A stretch of 64,000 nucleotides of DNA from Bulleidia sp. (GTDB taxonomy: Bacteria > Bacillota_I > Bacilli_A > Erysipelotrichales > Erysipelotrichaceae). The notes beneath the pieces were generated by a model. The model was given only the letters and a program-made list of their open reading frames with translations. It was not told the DNA's origin and searched no databases. Each line of letters starts with the position of its first letter. The stretch's first letter is position 1. Below are positions 29,360 to 39,298 of the stretch, one piece after another. Position numbers and translations under genes: made by a program. Location of the stretch: contig JAZUHS010000240.1 in NCBI GenBank assembly GCA_045641845.1, forward strand, positions 8,136 through 72,135, given 5' to 3'.

Positions 29360-29600
29360 GAGATAATAAAAAGACATCCTGCTGAAAGGACGTCTTGCAC
29401 GCGGTACCACCTTTGTCTTGTCTGCAGAATATGCAGACCTCTCAAACGTTGTAACGGACGTCTCCGGGTTATGTTAACGATTCGCATAACCGGCTCCGGG
29501 GCCATGTTCTTCCATCTTTCGAAACAGACTTTCACCAGCCGTCTGCTCTCTGCATTCTAATAACGGAATACTCTTCCCTTCTTTGCTTTTCAACGCATCT
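29360..29600 (-). promoter_or_regulatory. T-box riboswitch (Met)
   Basis: AGTA, AGAGAG and GGTG stem I elements, specifier GAAC-AUG (29502-29504), T-box AAGGTGGTACCGCG (about 29400-29413), terminator. Confidence 0.93.
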
Positions 29601-29791
29601 AATTATAGAAGACAAACAGGTCTTTGCAAAGAGAGATTTCATGTACCGCATCCGATGTCTGCAGTGTACTTTATCCCTGTACAAAATATCGTACATTATA
29701 ACTTCTTGTTTTTTAACCCATAAACATGCATAATTAGAATGGATAAGTTCTTAATTGAAAAGCGTCCAATAATGAAAAGGAGATTATTACA

Positions 29792-29992
29792 ATGGCAACA
29801 GGAAAAGTAAAATGGTTTAATGCAGAAAAGGGTTATGGCTTCATCACAACAGATGCAGGCAAGGACGTTTTCGTACATTTCACAGCAATTCAGAGCGATG
29901 GTTACAGAACTCTCGACGAAGGTCAGACAGTAACATTCGACATCACTGAAAGCGATCGTGGTCCTCAGGCAGCTAACGTTGTTAAGGGCTGA
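29792..29992 (+). CDS. Cold-shock protein (CspA family)
   Basis: [12 protein letters not shown] and [11 protein letters not shown] motifs; followed by a terminator. Confidence 0.98.
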   Translation: MATGKVKWFNAEKGYGFITTDAGKDVFVHFTAIQSDGYRTLDEGQTVTFDITESDRGPQAANVVKG

Positions 29993-30106
29993 TTAAAACC
30001 ATAATTACGAAGGTCGGGAAATCCGGCCTTTTCTTTTTCACTGTCGTTATCCGCAGACAGCTGATGAGGGATATTTCCTCTAGTATATGTACAGGAGGAA
30101 CATCAT

Positions 30107-30313
30107 ATGAAACACACCATCCGTTTTACCTGGGACAATGAAGAAGCAGTTATGATCGTCGACAGCAGCAACGCCCGCTGTTTATATAGAGAAGCAGCGC
30201 TTGGCAACATCAGTATTCTTTCCGACACTACCATCATTACCAAAGTGATTGATCATGTCACTGATTATGTACAGTCCCTTAGATCGTCACATGCACTGAC
30301 ACGTCAGGTATAG
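30107..30313 (+). CDS. Small protein with DUF1902/HicB-like N-terminus
   Basis: AGGAGG RBS; FTWDNEEAVMIVDS resembles the DUF1902 pattern WD.EA.VWIA.S. Confidence 0.5.
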   Translation: MKHTIRFTWDNEEAVMIVDSSNARCLYREAALGNISILSDTTIITKVIDHVTDYVQSLRSSHALTRQV

Positions 30314-30367
30314 TACATACAGAAGAAACGCAGGTACAGCATTCCTATTGCCGCACCTGCGTTTTCT

Positions 30368-31966
30368 TTATGCTCTATATTCCAGAATTACCCAGTCGTG
30401 TTCCTTGAGATCTCTGACATGTCCGCAGTACCAGCATTTCTTACCTTCCAGTACAGAAATCGAAGCGCCGCATTGTGTACATTTGATCATGGCAACATCA
30501 CATACAGACTGTGTTTTACATGATACACTCTTAATCAGCTTTACACGTACATGTTCCGACGATTTCTTTACACGACCATCCTTTTCACTCATCAGATTGA
30601 TATCTGCCTCTACTGTGGCAACCTGCATCTTCTGTTCAATACGATAATCTTTCAGTTCAATCGTCTCCACATCCATATTGATGACATCACTGTATTTCTC
30701 ACGTCTGCGTTCCATCTCGATTTCGCATGCTTCCCCTTCCGCAAACGCTGCTGCCTGCAGCGCATTCTGTGCATAGTGCAGAAGTGCAAGCTTGTTTTCG
30801 ACATTGGCGTAGAAACCAACGATGGAGAACTGCGGGTCGTTCTTACGCACCTTCTGTTCAATCATCAGATTGCGGGATGCGACTTTCCGCATTTCTGCAA
30901 TTTCCTTACGACTCTTCAGATGTGCACCGCCTGCTAAGACAAGCATACCTAATGGTGCTAAGAACGGCAGGATACCGAACATGAAGAAGAACCATCCCAG
31001 AAAACCAAAGCTGAATACGACAAAGACTGTACCAAGAACTGTCGCGGCAATGCGTGTAAAGAAGCCTGCTTCAATGGTTGTATTGGCATAGAGCATACCG
31101 AAGAAAGCAAAGCAGAACAGGGCAATGACAAGCAGTACGACAAAGAAGGTAACTGCTTTCACCATGAATGCCTGCAGACGTAAGTTTTCAATGTCTGCGC
31201 TCTTCATATAACCACGGTCACTGACACGTTCCCCAAGATCCTCAACAGTAAACTTAGTACCGCAGTAATCGCAGCCGTCGATCAGATCATCACGGTTGGT
31301 GACATTGCCGCAGTTAGGACATACAACTTCATTCTTTCCTTTCTGATGGGCACTGATCACGCGATAGGTAGCCAGCTGATTATTGACCAGTTCAGCGATC
31401 TTCTTATGATCTTTCACAAAGGTACGTACAGATCTTGCTGTTTCCTTGATTTCCTTGATCTGATATTTACCATCAAACAGATCTGTATGTGTAAATGTCG
31501 GTACACCATCATAGTGTGTACGTTCATGTTTCTGTTCCATGACAATGCCCTTATCATTGAGTCTCTGTTTATGCAGTGCTGTCATATGCCAGCCGATCTG
31601 TGTCATATCACTCTGCAGATCACTGTTGACAGGAATACCGCTTTCGCCAAAGAAGGTATTGTAATCTTTGTTATACTTTCTGATCTTCGCTTCCAGAGGG
31701 TTTCTGTCTGTGACCATCTCTGTCTGACGTTTTCTTCTGATGTACTTCAGCTGATCCAGATATCCTTTGAGGCCTGCTTTTGTCTTTGCCGGCTTCCATT
31801 CCTTAATCATGGTATAGAGGAGAATGAATCCTGGTGCTGTCAATATCAGTCCGCAGACAATCGCAAAGATACGGCTGGCCAGTGAAGCAGCCGGTTCTGT
31901 AAAACCCATTTCAATCAGAGCAAAGCCTGATACAAACGCTAATATAAGACCAATGAATAAAGCCAT
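30368..31966 (-). CDS. Membrane protein with two zinc-ribbon pairs and a possible Tim44/NTF2-like C-terminal domain
   Basis: Two TM clusters; CPNCG..CDYCG and CTQCG..CWYCG. Confidence 0.7.
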   Translation of the reverse strand: MALFIGLILAFVSGFALIEMGFTEPAASLASRIFAIVCGLILTAPGFILLYTMIKEWKPAKTKAGLKGYLDQLKYIRRKRQTEMVTDRNPLEAKIRKYNKDYNTFFGESGIPVNSDLQSDMTQIGWHMTALHKQRLNDKGIVMEQKHERTHYDGVPTFTHTDLFDGKYQIKEIKETARSVRTFVKDHKKIAELVNNQLATYRVISAHQKGKNEVVCPNCGNVTNRDDLIDGCDYCGTKFTVEDLGERVSDRGYMKSADIENLRLQAFMVKAVTFFVVLLVIALFCFAFFGMLYANTTIEAGFFTRIAATVLGTVFVVFSFGFLGWFFFMFGILPFLAPLGMLVLAGGAHLKSRKEIAEMRKVASRNLMIEQKVRKNDPQFSIVGFYANVENKLALLHYAQNALQAAAFAEGEACEIEMERRREKYSDVINMDVETIELKDYRIEQKMQVATVEADINLMSEKDGRVKKSSEHVRVKLIKSVSCKTQSVCDVAMIKCTQCGASISVLEGKKCWYCGHVRDLKEHDWVILEYRA

Positions 31967-32121
31967 GGATACACCCTCTTTCTCTGTTACCGTTATTCTA
32001 GCAGATCAGTTTCTTCTTCATGTGCTGCGTACATTAACTGCAGAAGAGAATTAACTCAGGCATATGGAAAACAACAAAAAGACGTCCGCAGACGTCTTTG
32101 TAAGCACGATATAATTCTGAA

Positions 32122-33099
32122 TTACTTCAGGCTATCGTAACCCAGGGGACCATAAACGTTTTCAGAAACCGGAGTATGGTTGCGGATGGATTCGATAGAA
32201 GCAGAGAGCATATCAGCGATTGTCAGGACAGTGATCTTGGATGTCTGTGCCTTCTTTTCTTCGCTCAGCGGGATTGTATCAGAGATAACCATTTCTGTGA
32301 TATCGGAGTTTTCAATCTTTGCGATTGCATCTCTGGAGAAGATACCATGAGTGATACCTGTGTAGATTTCCTTAGCACCGTGGTCCTTCAGGATCTTGCA
32401 GCCGGCAACGAGGGAACCTGCTGTGTCGCAGATGTCATCGATGACGATGCATACCTTGCCATTAACATCACCGATGATGTTCTTAGCTTCAACCATGTTA
32501 GGCTTAGGTCTTCTCTTATCAATGATTGCGATACCTGTATCGAGCAGGTCTGCGAGTCTTCTTGCACGAACTACACCGCCGTGGTCAGGAGATACAACAA
32601 CCAGTTCATCCGGGTTGAAGTTCTTTTCCTTGAAGAACTTAGCAATCATAGGTACAGCAGTCAGATCATCGATCGGGATATTGAAGTAACCCTGGATCTG
32701 AGCGGCGTGCAGATCGAAAGTGATAATACGCTGAGCACCTGCTGTTACGAGCAGATCAGCAACGAGCTTGGATGTAATAGGCTGACGAGGCTTAGCCTTA
32801 CGATCCTGACGAGCGTATCCGTAATAAGGCATGATGACATTGATTTCACCAGCGGATGCGCGCTTGCATGCATCGATGCAGATCAGAACTTCCATCAGAT
32901 GTTCTGTTACAGGAGTGCAGGTGGACTGTACGATGAATACAGACTTACCTCTTACAGATTCCTGAGGTTCTACGAGAATTTCACCATCTGCGAAATGTTC
33001 AACCTTGATCTTACCCAGGGGCAGACCCAGATTCTTGCAGATTGCGGCAGCCAGATCAGTACTGGATGTGAGAGCGAATACAACAGTTTCCTTAACCAT
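32122..33099 (-). CDS. prs: Ribose-phosphate pyrophosphokinase
   Basis: FADGE, YARQDRK, DLHAAQIQGYF, VSPDHGG, DDICDTAGS. Confidence 0.98.
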   Translation of the reverse strand: MVKETVVFALTSSTDLAAAICKNLGLPLGKIKVEHFADGEILVEPQESVRGKSVFIVQSTCTPVTEHLMEVLICIDACKRASAGEINVIMPYYGYARQDRKAKPRQPITSKLVADLLVTAGAQRIITFDLHAAQIQGYFNIPIDDLTAVPMIAKFFKEKNFNPDELVVVSPDHGGVVRARRLADLLDTGIAIIDKRRPKPNMVEAKNIIGDVNGKVCIVIDDICDTAGSLVAGCKILKDHGAKEIYTGITHGIFSRDAIAKIENSDITEMVISDTIPLSEEKKAQTSKITVLTIADMLSASIESIRNHTPVSENVYGPLGYDSLK

Positions 33100-33252
33100 C
33101 TTTCTTCTTTCCTCTTTTCTTTTACGTGACATATCGTGTGAATATGTTCGAAACCGCTACTATCTAATCAGATTCTTCATAGTTCGTCAACACCACCAAG
33201 CATGAAAGTAAAAGCATTTGGTATTCTTTTCATAAATGGTAAAGAACGCTTA

Positions 33253-34104
33253 TCAGTAATAGTAAATATCCGCGATCTTTGTTCTTCTGACAAAGTAACG
33301 TTCACTCTTCATCTGTTCCATTGTGCGTTTGAGAAGATCAACATTACGTGTAATACCGAAGACTGTAGAACCGCTTCCGGACATCAGTACACCATCAAAA
33401 CCGGCATCGATCAATGCTTCCTTGACGACTCTGATTTCATCTACCAGCTGCAGTGATGCACCTTCCAGGCTGTTGCCGAGATTGTCTACGACACCCTGAT
33501 AATCATCATTGATCAATGCTTCACGCATCGCCAGACAGTTCGGGTGTACCAGCGGCTGGCTGTCAACGATATCAAAGGCATCCTTTGTGGATACGCCACG
33601 GCGAGGCTTAACCAGCAGAATTTCAAAGTCAGTATTCACTTCAAACGGCTGAATCTTTTCACCGATCCCTCTGACTAAGGCAGGACGGTTGATCAGGCAG
33701 AACGGTACATCGGCACCGACCTGCTTGCCTACATCAATCATTTCATCCTCGGTCATACGCAGATGAAGCATACGGTTGAGAATGCGGATCGCAGCTGCCG
33801 CATCTGCACTGCCGCCGGCAAGACCTGCCCGTGTGGGGATGTGCTTCTGCAGGATGCATTCGAATTCCATATCGATGTCGTATGTCTTCTTCATGATATT
33901 GATGGCTTTGATAATCGTATTCTTCTCATTGACGGGAAGATAGGATTTATTCAGGGACAGTGTTGTTTCATTGGCCGGACGGATTTCCAGCGTGTCGTAA
34001 AAGTCAATCGGCACCATGATCATTTCCAGATCATGATAACCATCTTCTCTTCTGCTTACGACATCCAGACAGAGATTGATTTTTGCATATGCACGTTCTT
34101 TCAT
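33253..34104 (-). CDS. ispE: 4-diphosphocytidyl-2C-methyl-D-erythritol kinase
   Basis: AKINL, AGLAGGSADAA, GADVPF, MSGSGST. Confidence 0.97.
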   Translation of the reverse strand: MKERAYAKINLCLDVVSRREDGYHDLEMIMVPIDFYDTLEIRPANETTLSLNKSYLPVNEKNTIIKAINIMKKTYDIDMEFECILQKHIPTRAGLAGGSADAAAAIRILNRMLHLRMTEDEMIDVGKQVGADVPFCLINRPALVRGIGEKIQPFEVNTDFEILLVKPRRGVSTKDAFDIVDSQPLVHPNCLAMREALINDDYQGVVDNLGNSLEGASLQLVDEIRVVKEALIDAGFDGVLMSGSGSTVFGITRNVDLLKRTMEQMKSERYFVRRTKIADIYYY

Positions 34105-34946
34105 CGCAGGGCCTCATAGATCTTCTTGAGATCTTCTGTATCCATTTCCTGTGCGCGCTTTCCCATAGGGATACCGGCTTTTTCGAGTATTTCCTTTGTC
34201 TTATCTGCATCTTCCAGATAATCACGGAGATTGTTATAGATGGTCTTTCTTCTCTGCTTGAAGCAGGCTCTGATCAGTTCAAAGTACTGATTCAGATCAA
34301 TGGAAAGATCTACATCTTCTCTTCTTCTGAACTGAATGATGACACTGTCTACATTCGGAGAAGGATTGAAGGATCTTCCCGGTACTGTAAAGAGCTTGCG
34401 GATGTCATAGAGATACTGACCTTCCGCTGACAATGCACCGTATTGGGAATCCTTAGGTTTTGCCGCAAAACGTTCACCGACTTCCTTCTGCACCATAACT
34501 GTGATGTAAGGAATATCAGCACCCTGTTCAAAGATCTTGAAGAGGATGGGTGTTGTTACATAGTAAGGAAGGTTGGCACAGACAACAACACTGCCGTACT
34601 TTTCCTTCAGCTCTGCAGTTACCTTGGCCAGATCAATTTCCAGAAAATCCTGCAGAACGACATCTACATTGTCATAAGGAGATAAAGTATCCTGCAGTAC
34701 ATTGACCATGTCCGGATCAATCTCATATGCACGAACATACTTCGCGTGTCTGGCGAGCTGTTCAGTCAGAGAACCAATACCGGGGCCGATCTCAATGACC
34801 GCACCTTCGCAATGAGATTCCTGTGCACAGCGTTCGACAATTACAGGATCAACCAGAAAGTTCTGGCCGAAACCCTTCTTTGCCTTCAGTCCATACGTCG
34901 CCAGGATTTCCTTTGTTCGGGACGGGGTTGATATGAATCTTGTCAT
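34101..34946 (-). CDS. rsmA: 16S rRNA dimethyltransferase RsmA/KsgA
   Basis: GQNFL, EIGPGIGSLT, ANLPYYVTT, PNVDS. Confidence 0.98.
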   Translation of the reverse strand: MTRFISTPSRTKEILATYGLKAKKGFGQNFLVDPVIVERCAQESHCEGAVIEIGPGIGSLTEQLARHAKYVRAYEIDPDMVNVLQDTLSPYDNVDVVLQDFLEIDLAKVTAELKEKYGSVVVCANLPYYVTTPILFKIFEQGADIPYITVMVQKEVGERFAAKPKDSQYGALSAEGQYLYDIRKLFTVPGRSFNPSPNVDSVIIQFRRREDVDLSIDLNQYFELIRACFKQRRKTIYNNLRDYLEDADKTKEILEKAGIPMGKRAQEMDTEDLKKIYEALR

Positions 34947-35473
34947 TTCAGTACCTCCTGCAGCTGTTCTTTCGTAATGCCCAGACAGTTCAGTCTTCTA
35001 AGCATGGTTTTAGCGTTGCCATTGCCAATATGCAGTCGTGTTCCTGCTTTCTCACGCAGAACACTGCTGTTGGCACTTCCGGATAATCCCAGATCTACCA
35101 TATCTTCCATCGTCAGCTGTACTGCTGTATCCGTGGACCAGGTAATCAGATGTTCCAGAGCATCGGTTAACGCAGCTTCATCTGCGTGTTCAATGCCTAC
35201 TTTACGATCTGTACGTGCAAGCTTCTTATCTACAAAGGCATTCTTGCACATGGGGATTTCCTGATTAATTCTGTTGCGAATGCGATTACCCGGGGAATCC
35301 GGGTCAGTAAAGATAATGATTCCACGCTTCTGCGCAATCATTCTGATATATGCCAGTGTTTCTTCGGAAAGACTGAGGCCGTTGGTTTCGATAGTATCGC
35401 AGTCGAAGTATTTACGCAGACGTTCTGTGTCATGCTTTCCTTCTACTACAATCACTTCCTGAATCTTCTTCAT
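34943..35473 (-). CDS. rnmV: Ribonuclease M5
   Basis: Toprim VVEGKHD and FTDPDSPG, GIEHA. Confidence 0.95.
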   Translation of the reverse strand: MKKIQEVIVVEGKHDTERLRKYFDCDTIETNGLSLSEETLAYIRMIAQKRGIIIFTDPDSPGNRIRNRINQEIPMCKNAFVDKKLARTDRKVGIEHADEAALTDALEHLITWSTDTAVQLTMEDMVDLGLSGSANSSVLREKAGTRLHIGNGNAKTMLRRLNCLGITKEQLQEVLK

Positions 35474-36252
35474 TCAACCTCCTCAAAGAAACGCTTCCAG
35501 TTCTCGCAGATGATGGATGCCATTTCTTCTGTGGAAATCCCGCGTACTTCTGCCATCTTCTGTGTGATATAGGGAATATAGGAAGGCTCGTTTCTCTTGC
35601 CACGCTTAGGTACCGGTGCCATATAAGGACAGTCGGTTTCCGTAAGCAGGTAATGAGGATCAATGGTGGATACGACTTCCACAGAATGTCTTGCATTCTT
35701 GAAGGTGACAGGTCCGCCTAAGGCAATATAGAAACCTCTCTTCGTGAACTCTCTTGCCATTTCCTTTGTGCCGGCAAAACAGTGCAGAAGTCCTCTGCCG
35801 CCATGTTCCTTCATGATATCAAAGGTATCCTGAATAGCATCACGGGCATGTACTGCATAAGGTTTATGCAATGACTTTGCCAGTTCAATCTGCTTGATGA
35901 AGTATTCTCTCTGCAATGCACGTAAGCCTTCATCCTTTACCCAGTAGTAGTCCAGACCGATTTCACCGATGCAGTCTACACCCGGATCTGCACATAACTG
36001 GGCAAACTCCTTCCAGTATGCATCGTTCATCTTGTCACTGTTTTCCGGGAAGATACCTGCAGCGACTTTGTATTTACCCGGATTTCTCTTACGGAATTCC
36101 AGAGCTTTACGTGTTTCTTCCAGGTCCAGAGTAATGATCATAATTTCATCTACATGTTCATCTTCTGTACGCTGAAGCATTTCTTCAAAATCTTCGTTGA
36201 ACTCTTCTGCGAAGATATGTGCGTGTGTATCTATAAAATGGCAGTTTTCCAT
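35470..36252 (-). CDS. tatD: TatD-family hydrolase
   Basis: DTHAH, GEIGLDYY, HAR, HCF, ETDCPY. Confidence 0.95.
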   Translation of the reverse strand: MENCHFIDTHAHIFAEEFNEDFEEMLQRTEDEHVDEIMIITLDLEETRKALEFRKRNPGKYKVAAGIFPENSDKMNDAYWKEFAQLCADPGVDCIGEIGLDYYWVKDEGLRALQREYFIKQIELAKSLHKPYAVHARDAIQDTFDIMKEHGGRGLLHCFAGTKEMAREFTKRGFYIALGGPVTFKNARHSVEVVSTIDPHYLLTETDCPYMAPVPKRGKRNEPSYIPYITQKMAEVRGISTEEMASIICENWKRFFEEVE

Positions 36253-36263
36253 AGTTCTTATCT

Positions 36264-37592
36264 CTACTTTCCAAGGCAGAAGCGGGAGAAGACTTCATCG
36301 AGAAGATCTTCTTTCCCTGCCTTGCCGGTTATTTCCTTTAAGGCAAACCAGCAGTTTTCCAAGTCAATGGTTACAAGATCCAGTTCCATACCTACCTGCA
36401 GAGATGCATATGCTTCCTTCATGCTTTCCTCCGCCTGCATGGCAAGACCGATCTGTCTTTCGTTATTCAATGTATCAGAAGATGCTGCCGAGAGTTCCTT
36501 TTCATAGAGCTTTCTGACAGCCTGACGGAGTTCTTCAATATCACCATTCTTAGCAGAGATGGAGACAGTACCTTCCGGAACAGAAGCCTGATCTTTCTTG
36601 TTATATACAACGATACGTGTTCTTCCTTCTGTCATCTTCAGCAGTTCTTCATCCTGTTCTGTGATTTCTGAAGAAGCATCCAGTACAACAATCACAAGCT
36701 TTGCTTTATCCAAAGCACGGATGGAACGGTCAATGCCCATCTGTTCAATCGCATCATCAGTTTCGTGAATACCGGCAGTATCGACAAGATTCAGAGTAAT
36801 ATCATCCAGACGTACTGTTCCTTCAACGATATCTCTTGTAGTACCGGCGATATCGGTAACGATAGCTTTGTCTTCTTCCAGCAGTGCATTAAGCAATGAG
36901 CTCTTGCCTACATTAGGACGGCCAAGAATGACTGTATCAATACCTGTACGTACTGTTACTGCCTGCTGTGCCTTGACGATCAGAGCATGGATATCCTTGA
37001 GCCACTGTTCCACGCGGGGCATGATTTCCTCTTCGGTCAGCTGGTGTACATCATCGTATTCGGGATAATCAATGTTAACTTCAATGTTGGAGATAATCTG
37101 TGTCAGGTCTTCTTCCAGAGGAGCCAGCAGTGCAGATACAGAACCTTTCAGAGAATGTACAGCACTCTTTGCGTTGACGGCATCCTGGGCGTTGATCAAA
37201 TCATTGACACCCTCTGCCTGCGCAAGATCCATCTTGCCATTGAGGAAAGCACGTTCAGTGAACTCACCGCGTCTGGCCATGCGTGCACCTTTGCCTAAGA
37301 CAAGACTCAATACTCTTCTTGTCAGATAGATACCGCCATGGCAGTTGATTTCCACAACATCCTCACCTGTATAGGAATGAGGTGCACGGAAGACACTTAC
37401 CAGTACTTCATCTACAGGTTCACCATTGTCACGGATCGTTCCATATACAATCGTATTTCCTTTTACATTGCTCAGATCCTTATTCAGAAGCTGTGCTGCT
37501 GTTGTGATTGCATCATCACCGGATATACGAATGATGGAAACAGCACCTACGGCGTTGGCTGTTGAAATTGCAGCGATGGTATCAGTAAACAT
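36264..37592 (-). CDS. mnmE: tRNA modification GTPase MnmE/TrmE
   Basis: DTIAAIST, GRPNVGKSSL, GTTRD, DTAG, FCLGK end. Confidence 0.99.
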   Translation of the reverse strand: MFTDTIAAISTANAVGAVSIIRISGDDAITTAAQLLNKDLSNVKGNTIVYGTIRDNGEPVDEVLVSVFRAPHSYTGEDVVEINCHGGIYLTRRVLSLVLGKGARMARRGEFTERAFLNGKMDLAQAEGVNDLINAQDAVNAKSAVHSLKGSVSALLAPLEEDLTQIISNIEVNIDYPEYDDVHQLTEEEIMPRVEQWLKDIHALIVKAQQAVTVRTGIDTVILGRPNVGKSSLLNALLEEDKAIVTDIAGTTRDIVEGTVRLDDITLNLVDTAGIHETDDAIEQMGIDRSIRALDKAKLVIVVLDASSEITEQDEELLKMTEGRTRIVVYNKKDQASVPEGTVSISAKNGDIEELRQAVRKLYEKELSAASSDTLNNERQIGLAMQAEESMKEAYASLQVGMELDLVTIDLENCWFALKEITGKAGKEDLLDEVFSRFCLGK

Positions 37593-37666
37593 GGACTTAT
37601 CTCCTTCCGTACAAGTGTAGCATAATTATCACTTCGAAATCAGTTTGACTGTGCTAAGATGACTCC

Positions 37667-39010
37667 ATGAGAAAAGAACTAAGTGATACATTAAACGAAC
37701 TTGGATACCTGCCTCTGCGTCCGGTACAGGAACAGTGCATTCCTGTGATTGATGCAGGCAGTGATCTGTTTATACAGGCAGAAACAGGATCAGGCAAGAC
37801 AGCCGCCTATCTGATTCCCTTAATTGATGCATGTGATGTGCAGTCTCCTTTTACTTCAGCACTGGTGATCTGCCCTACCCGTGAGATTGCAGTACAGAGT
37901 GCAAAGGAAGCAGAACGTCTTTCTGTACGTACCGGTACACATGTAATTACAGTCATTGGCGGTATGGACGCAAAAAAGCAGGAGAATGCGCTAAAGCATC
38001 GTCCGCATATTGTCATTGGTACACCCGGCAGAATTCTGGATCTTCTGCAGAAGAATACACTGGATATCAGTCATCTGCAGAGACTGGTTCTCGATGAAGC
38101 AGATCAGATTCTGTCAACCGGTCAGAAAGAGGATGTGCTGCGTATTCTGCAGTACATCGCCAACGTACAGACAATCTGTCTTTCAGCGACATGGCATGAT
38201 GTCATCAACGAGTTTTTCCCGGGAAATTATGATCGGATTGTGCTGAATGATGCGGAAATCATCAACAGTGCAATTACTGCATATCGTTATATCAGTGAAG
38301 ACAAGAAGACTGTTCTGGATGAAATGCTTGTACATCTTCCCATTACTTCTGCGATCATCTTCATGAACCATCGTTCAGATGCACTGAATCTTGCGGAAGT
38401 GTTATGTAAACGCGGAATCGCGGCTTCTTCCTTCTCCGCCTACTTTGATGAGAAGAAAAGACTGCAGATCCTCAAGAGCTTCCAGAAAGGTGAACTTCGT
38501 ATTCTGGTCGCAACCGATGCAGCTGCACGTGGTCTGGATCTGACGGATGTCTCCCATATTATTCAATATGATATTCCTACGGATACCCAGACATATATCC
38601 ATCGTTCCGGCCGTACTGCACATCAGGGCGGTACCGGCTGTGTAATCAGCCTTCTGAATGAAGAAGATATGCGTACGGATACAGGTCGCTATATTCTGGA
38701 GAATACGGAAGATCTGGTATTAGAGAAGAACAGCTATGATCTGACAAAACCTCTGGTAAAGGAAGAAAAGAAAAAAGCTGCTGTGCAGCAGTTATTGATC
38801 AGAGCCGGAAAGAAAGACAAGATCCGTCCTCGTGATATGATCGGTGCTTTGTGTACGGTAGTTCCGTTTGAAGAAATCGGTGTTCTGGAAATTCAGGAAC
38901 GCTACAGTACTGTTACAATTCTCAATGATGATCCTTCACTCATTGAAAGACTCAATCATCTGAAGATCAAAGGAAAAGAAAGAAGAATCGAGATTCGCAG
39001 AGAATCCTGA
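37667..39010 (+). CDS. dbpA: DEAD-box RNA helicase with DbpA-type RNA-binding C-terminus
   Basis: AETGSGKT, PTRE, DEAD, SAT, HRSGRT; C-terminal GKKDKIRPRDMIGAL. Confidence 0.85.
   Translation: MRKELSDTLNELGYLPLRPVQEQCIPVIDAGSDLFIQAETGSGKTAAYLIPLIDACDVQSPFTSALVICPTREIAVQSAKEAERLSVRTGTHVITVIGGMDAKKQENALKHRPHIVIGTPGRILDLLQKNTLDISHLQRLVLDEADQILSTGQKEDVLRILQYIANVQTICLSATWHDVINEFFPGNYDRIVLNDAEIINSAITAYRYISEDKKTVLDEMLVHLPITSAIIFMNHRSDALNLAEVLCKRGIAASSFSAYFDEKKRLQILKSFQKGELRILVATDAAARGLDLTDVSHIIQYDIPTDTQTYIHRSGRTAHQGGTGCVISLLNEEDMRTDTGRYILENTEDLVLEKNSYDLTKPLVKEEKKKAAVQQLLIRAGKKDKIRPRDMIGALCTVVPFEEIGVLEIQERYSTVTILNDDPSLIERLNHLKIKGKERRIEIRRES
38214..38227. promoter_or_regulatory. Noc-binding-site (NBS)-like palindrome
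   Basis: TTTTCCCGGGAAAT, 13/14 match to ATTTCCCGGGAAAT. Confidence 0.45.
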
Positions 39011-39022
39011 TTCTTCTTTTTC

Positions 39023-39286
39023 TTAACCTCTGTTGTACTTATCAATCATGTCCTGATCGAGAACAGGAATACTTACAGTATCTTCACGTTCCGGCAGATC
39101 AATAGCAATGATGCGATCAATAGCGACACTGTCAGCGAGCAGACCATTCAGCAGCTTCAGCTGTTCCGGCATTGTCTCACCCTTAAAATCACGGGGATTG
39201 GAAACAAAACCTGTGTGGATTGTACCGTCATCGAGAGTGACGCGAATGAATTTTGTTAAGAATGGTTTCAAATTAAATGCCTGCAT
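39023..39286 (-). CDS. Small hypothetical protein, possible Sm/LSm-like fold
   Basis: LKPFLTKFIRVTLDDGTIHTGFV resembles an Sm1 motif; AAGGTGA RBS. Confidence 0.6.
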   Translation of the reverse strand: MQAFNLKPFLTKFIRVTLDDGTIHTGFVSNPRDFKGETMPEQLKLLNGLLADSVAIDRIIAIDLPEREDTVSIPVLDQDMIDKYNRG

Positions 39287-39298
39287 ACACTCACCTTC

